DNA from: Mobula hypostoma
Lineage: Eukaryota
Length of the DNA stretch: 64,000 nt
Assembly: GCF_963921235.1 (NCBI RefSeq)
Contig: NC_086097.1
Span: 136,774,001 to 136,838,000, forward strand
Direction of reading: 5' to 3'
Position 1 is the stretch's first letter; the number at the start of each line of letters is the position of its first letter. Below the pieces are notes generated by a model. It was not told the DNA's origin and did no database searches. It saw only the letters and a program-made list of their open reading frames with translations. Positions 62,524 to 64,000 of the stretch are shown piece by piece. The position numbers and the translations under genes are program-made.

Positions 62524-62920
62524 TGCTGATTGCAGCCCGCCAAAAAGAGATGAAAGCACAGCTCCTTTTTAAACTTTGCGCTGCATCACCAACAAATGAA
62601 TTCCTGTGCTAGTTGCAGCCTGCCAAAAGGACTGAAAAGCACTTTTTAAACCTCACACTGCATCATCAGTGAGCGACTTCTTGCGCTGATTGCTGTCTGC
62701 TGAAAATAGCCAATGCACCAGAACTCTTTTTAAACCTTGCACTGTGTCACCAATGAATGACCTCTCACACTGATTGCAGCCTGCCAAAAAGAGCTGAAAG
62801 CACTGGATCTCTTTTTAAACCTTGCGCTGATTGCAGCCCTCCGAATGCACTGGAGCTCTTTTTAAATCTTGTGCTGCATCACCAATGTACAGTCTCTCGT
62901 GATGATTGCAGCCCGCCAAG
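62524..62920. repeat. Degenerate tandem array of ~57-85-bp units, probably the CR1 5' UTR
   Basis: About 5.5 units sharing gctgattgcagcc(c/t)gccaaaa..tttttaaac..gctgcatcacc. Confidence 0.75.
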
Positions 62921-63429
62921 TCACTGGGCACATTTAAAGTGGAATTTGATAAGTTCTTAACTAGTAAAGTTACAGGTGAAAAGGCAGGAGTTGAGACGGA
63001 AAATGAAACAGCCATGATGGAAGGGCAGAGCAGACTCATGGGGCTGAATGGTCTAATTTTATTCCTGTTTCTTATGGTCTTACTTACAACAAAGTTATTC
63101 ATTTTTTCTTGTTACACGCTACTCAGCCTGCTCCTTGCTGATATAAACATATTGACCAAGAAATCAATTTGCTATGCATTCCAGAAATATATCCCACTAC
63201 TGTCAATACTAATTTAGATTGGAAATAATTTGGAAAATGTGTAGCTTTGATGGTTGTTAGTTGGGTTGAGTTCTCTGCTCTGGGCAATCCGTTTGCAAAC
63301 GCTTCATCATGATACAAGGAGCCATTATCAGTGCGCTGTTCGTTTGTGGTGTGAGCTCCAAATGCTTGGCTTTTAGAATGCTTGTCAATCAGCTCAGTTA
63401 TGACACAGAATCAATTATGTCGTAGGTGC

Positions 63430-64000
63430 ATTGTGGTCTGTTACACTCACCTCAATAATAAGCAATTGCTTTGAGAGGCTGGTCAAAGATTACATCTGCA
63501 GCTTGCTACCATCTAAACTGGACTCCCTACAATTCATCTACCAACACAACCGATCGACAGACAACGCAATACCCACTGCTCTACATGCCATCCTGACACA
63601 TATGGAGAAGGAGGATGCTTATGTGAGAATGCTGTTCTTGGACTACAGTTCAGCATTCAACACCATAGTTCCATTCAAGCTTGACAAGAAGCTCAGAGAC
63701 CTCGGCCTTGACCCTACCTTGTGTAGCTGGATCCTGGACTTCCTGTTGGATCGCCAGCAGGTTGTAAGAGTGGGCTCCCTCACCTCCAACCTCTGACTCT
63801 CAATACAGGAGCCCCTCAGGGCTGTTTACTGAATCCCCTCCTTTACTCCCTGTATACCCATGACTGTGTCACTACCCACAGCTCTAATCTGCTAATTAAA
63901 TTTGCCGACGACACAACATCGATTGGCCTTATCTCAAACAATAACGAGGTGGTCTACAGGGAAGAAGTCATCTCTCCGACATAGTAATGACAAGAAAACA
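63430..64000 (+). mobile_element. Rex1/Babar RT fragment
   Basis: CFERLV..DSLQFIY..YVRMLFLDYSSAFNTI..WILDFL..GAPQGC..KFADDT. Confidence 0.88.

Noticed and set aside
62524..62920. Repeat-spacer-like array resembling CRISPR
   Set aside because: Units are degenerate along their whole length with no unique spacers, the context is eukaryotic and there are no cas genes; it abuts CR1 ORF1.
31987..64000. Search for MRPL13 exon 3 and later exons
   Set aside because: No matching peptide found by eye; presumed to lie beyond the window, though a manual scan could miss it.

Overview
Vertebrate genomic DNA, most likely a cartilaginous fish (ray/shark; inferred from the HE1/V-SINE, CR1, Rex1/Babar and Penelope repeat complement). 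The host genes are a head-to-head pair around a CpG-rich bidirectional promoter at ~19.1-19.7 kb: MTBP on the minus strand (coding exons 18798-18729, 6378-6295, 540-467, continuing off the left edge) and MRPL13 on the plus strand (coding exons 19598-19624 and 31863-31986; exon 3 not found, so intron 2 is apparently >32 kb). Almost everything else is intronic, densely nested transposon debris: CR1, Rex1/Babar and RTE LINEs, Penelope-like elements (RT + GIY-YIG), V-SINEs, Tigger/pogo, Tc1, hAT and Harbinger-like DNA elements. I see no novel protein-coding system. The most unusual signals are non-coding or structural: (i) minimal hammerhead-ribozyme motifs in Penelope 3' termini, including a 187-bp insertion that is a perfect 52-bp hairpin with the hammerhead in its loop, plus older relatives; (ii) a composite Tigger derivative carrying a palindromic hAT-type MITE, present twice in inverted orientation; (iii) an internally deleted Rex-type LINE derivative present twice with the same junction; (iv) an orphan RNase H fragment inside a CR1 5'-UTR repeat array. 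Repeat boundaries are approximate unless TSDs/TIRs are quoted. Family names come from motif recognition, not database searches.
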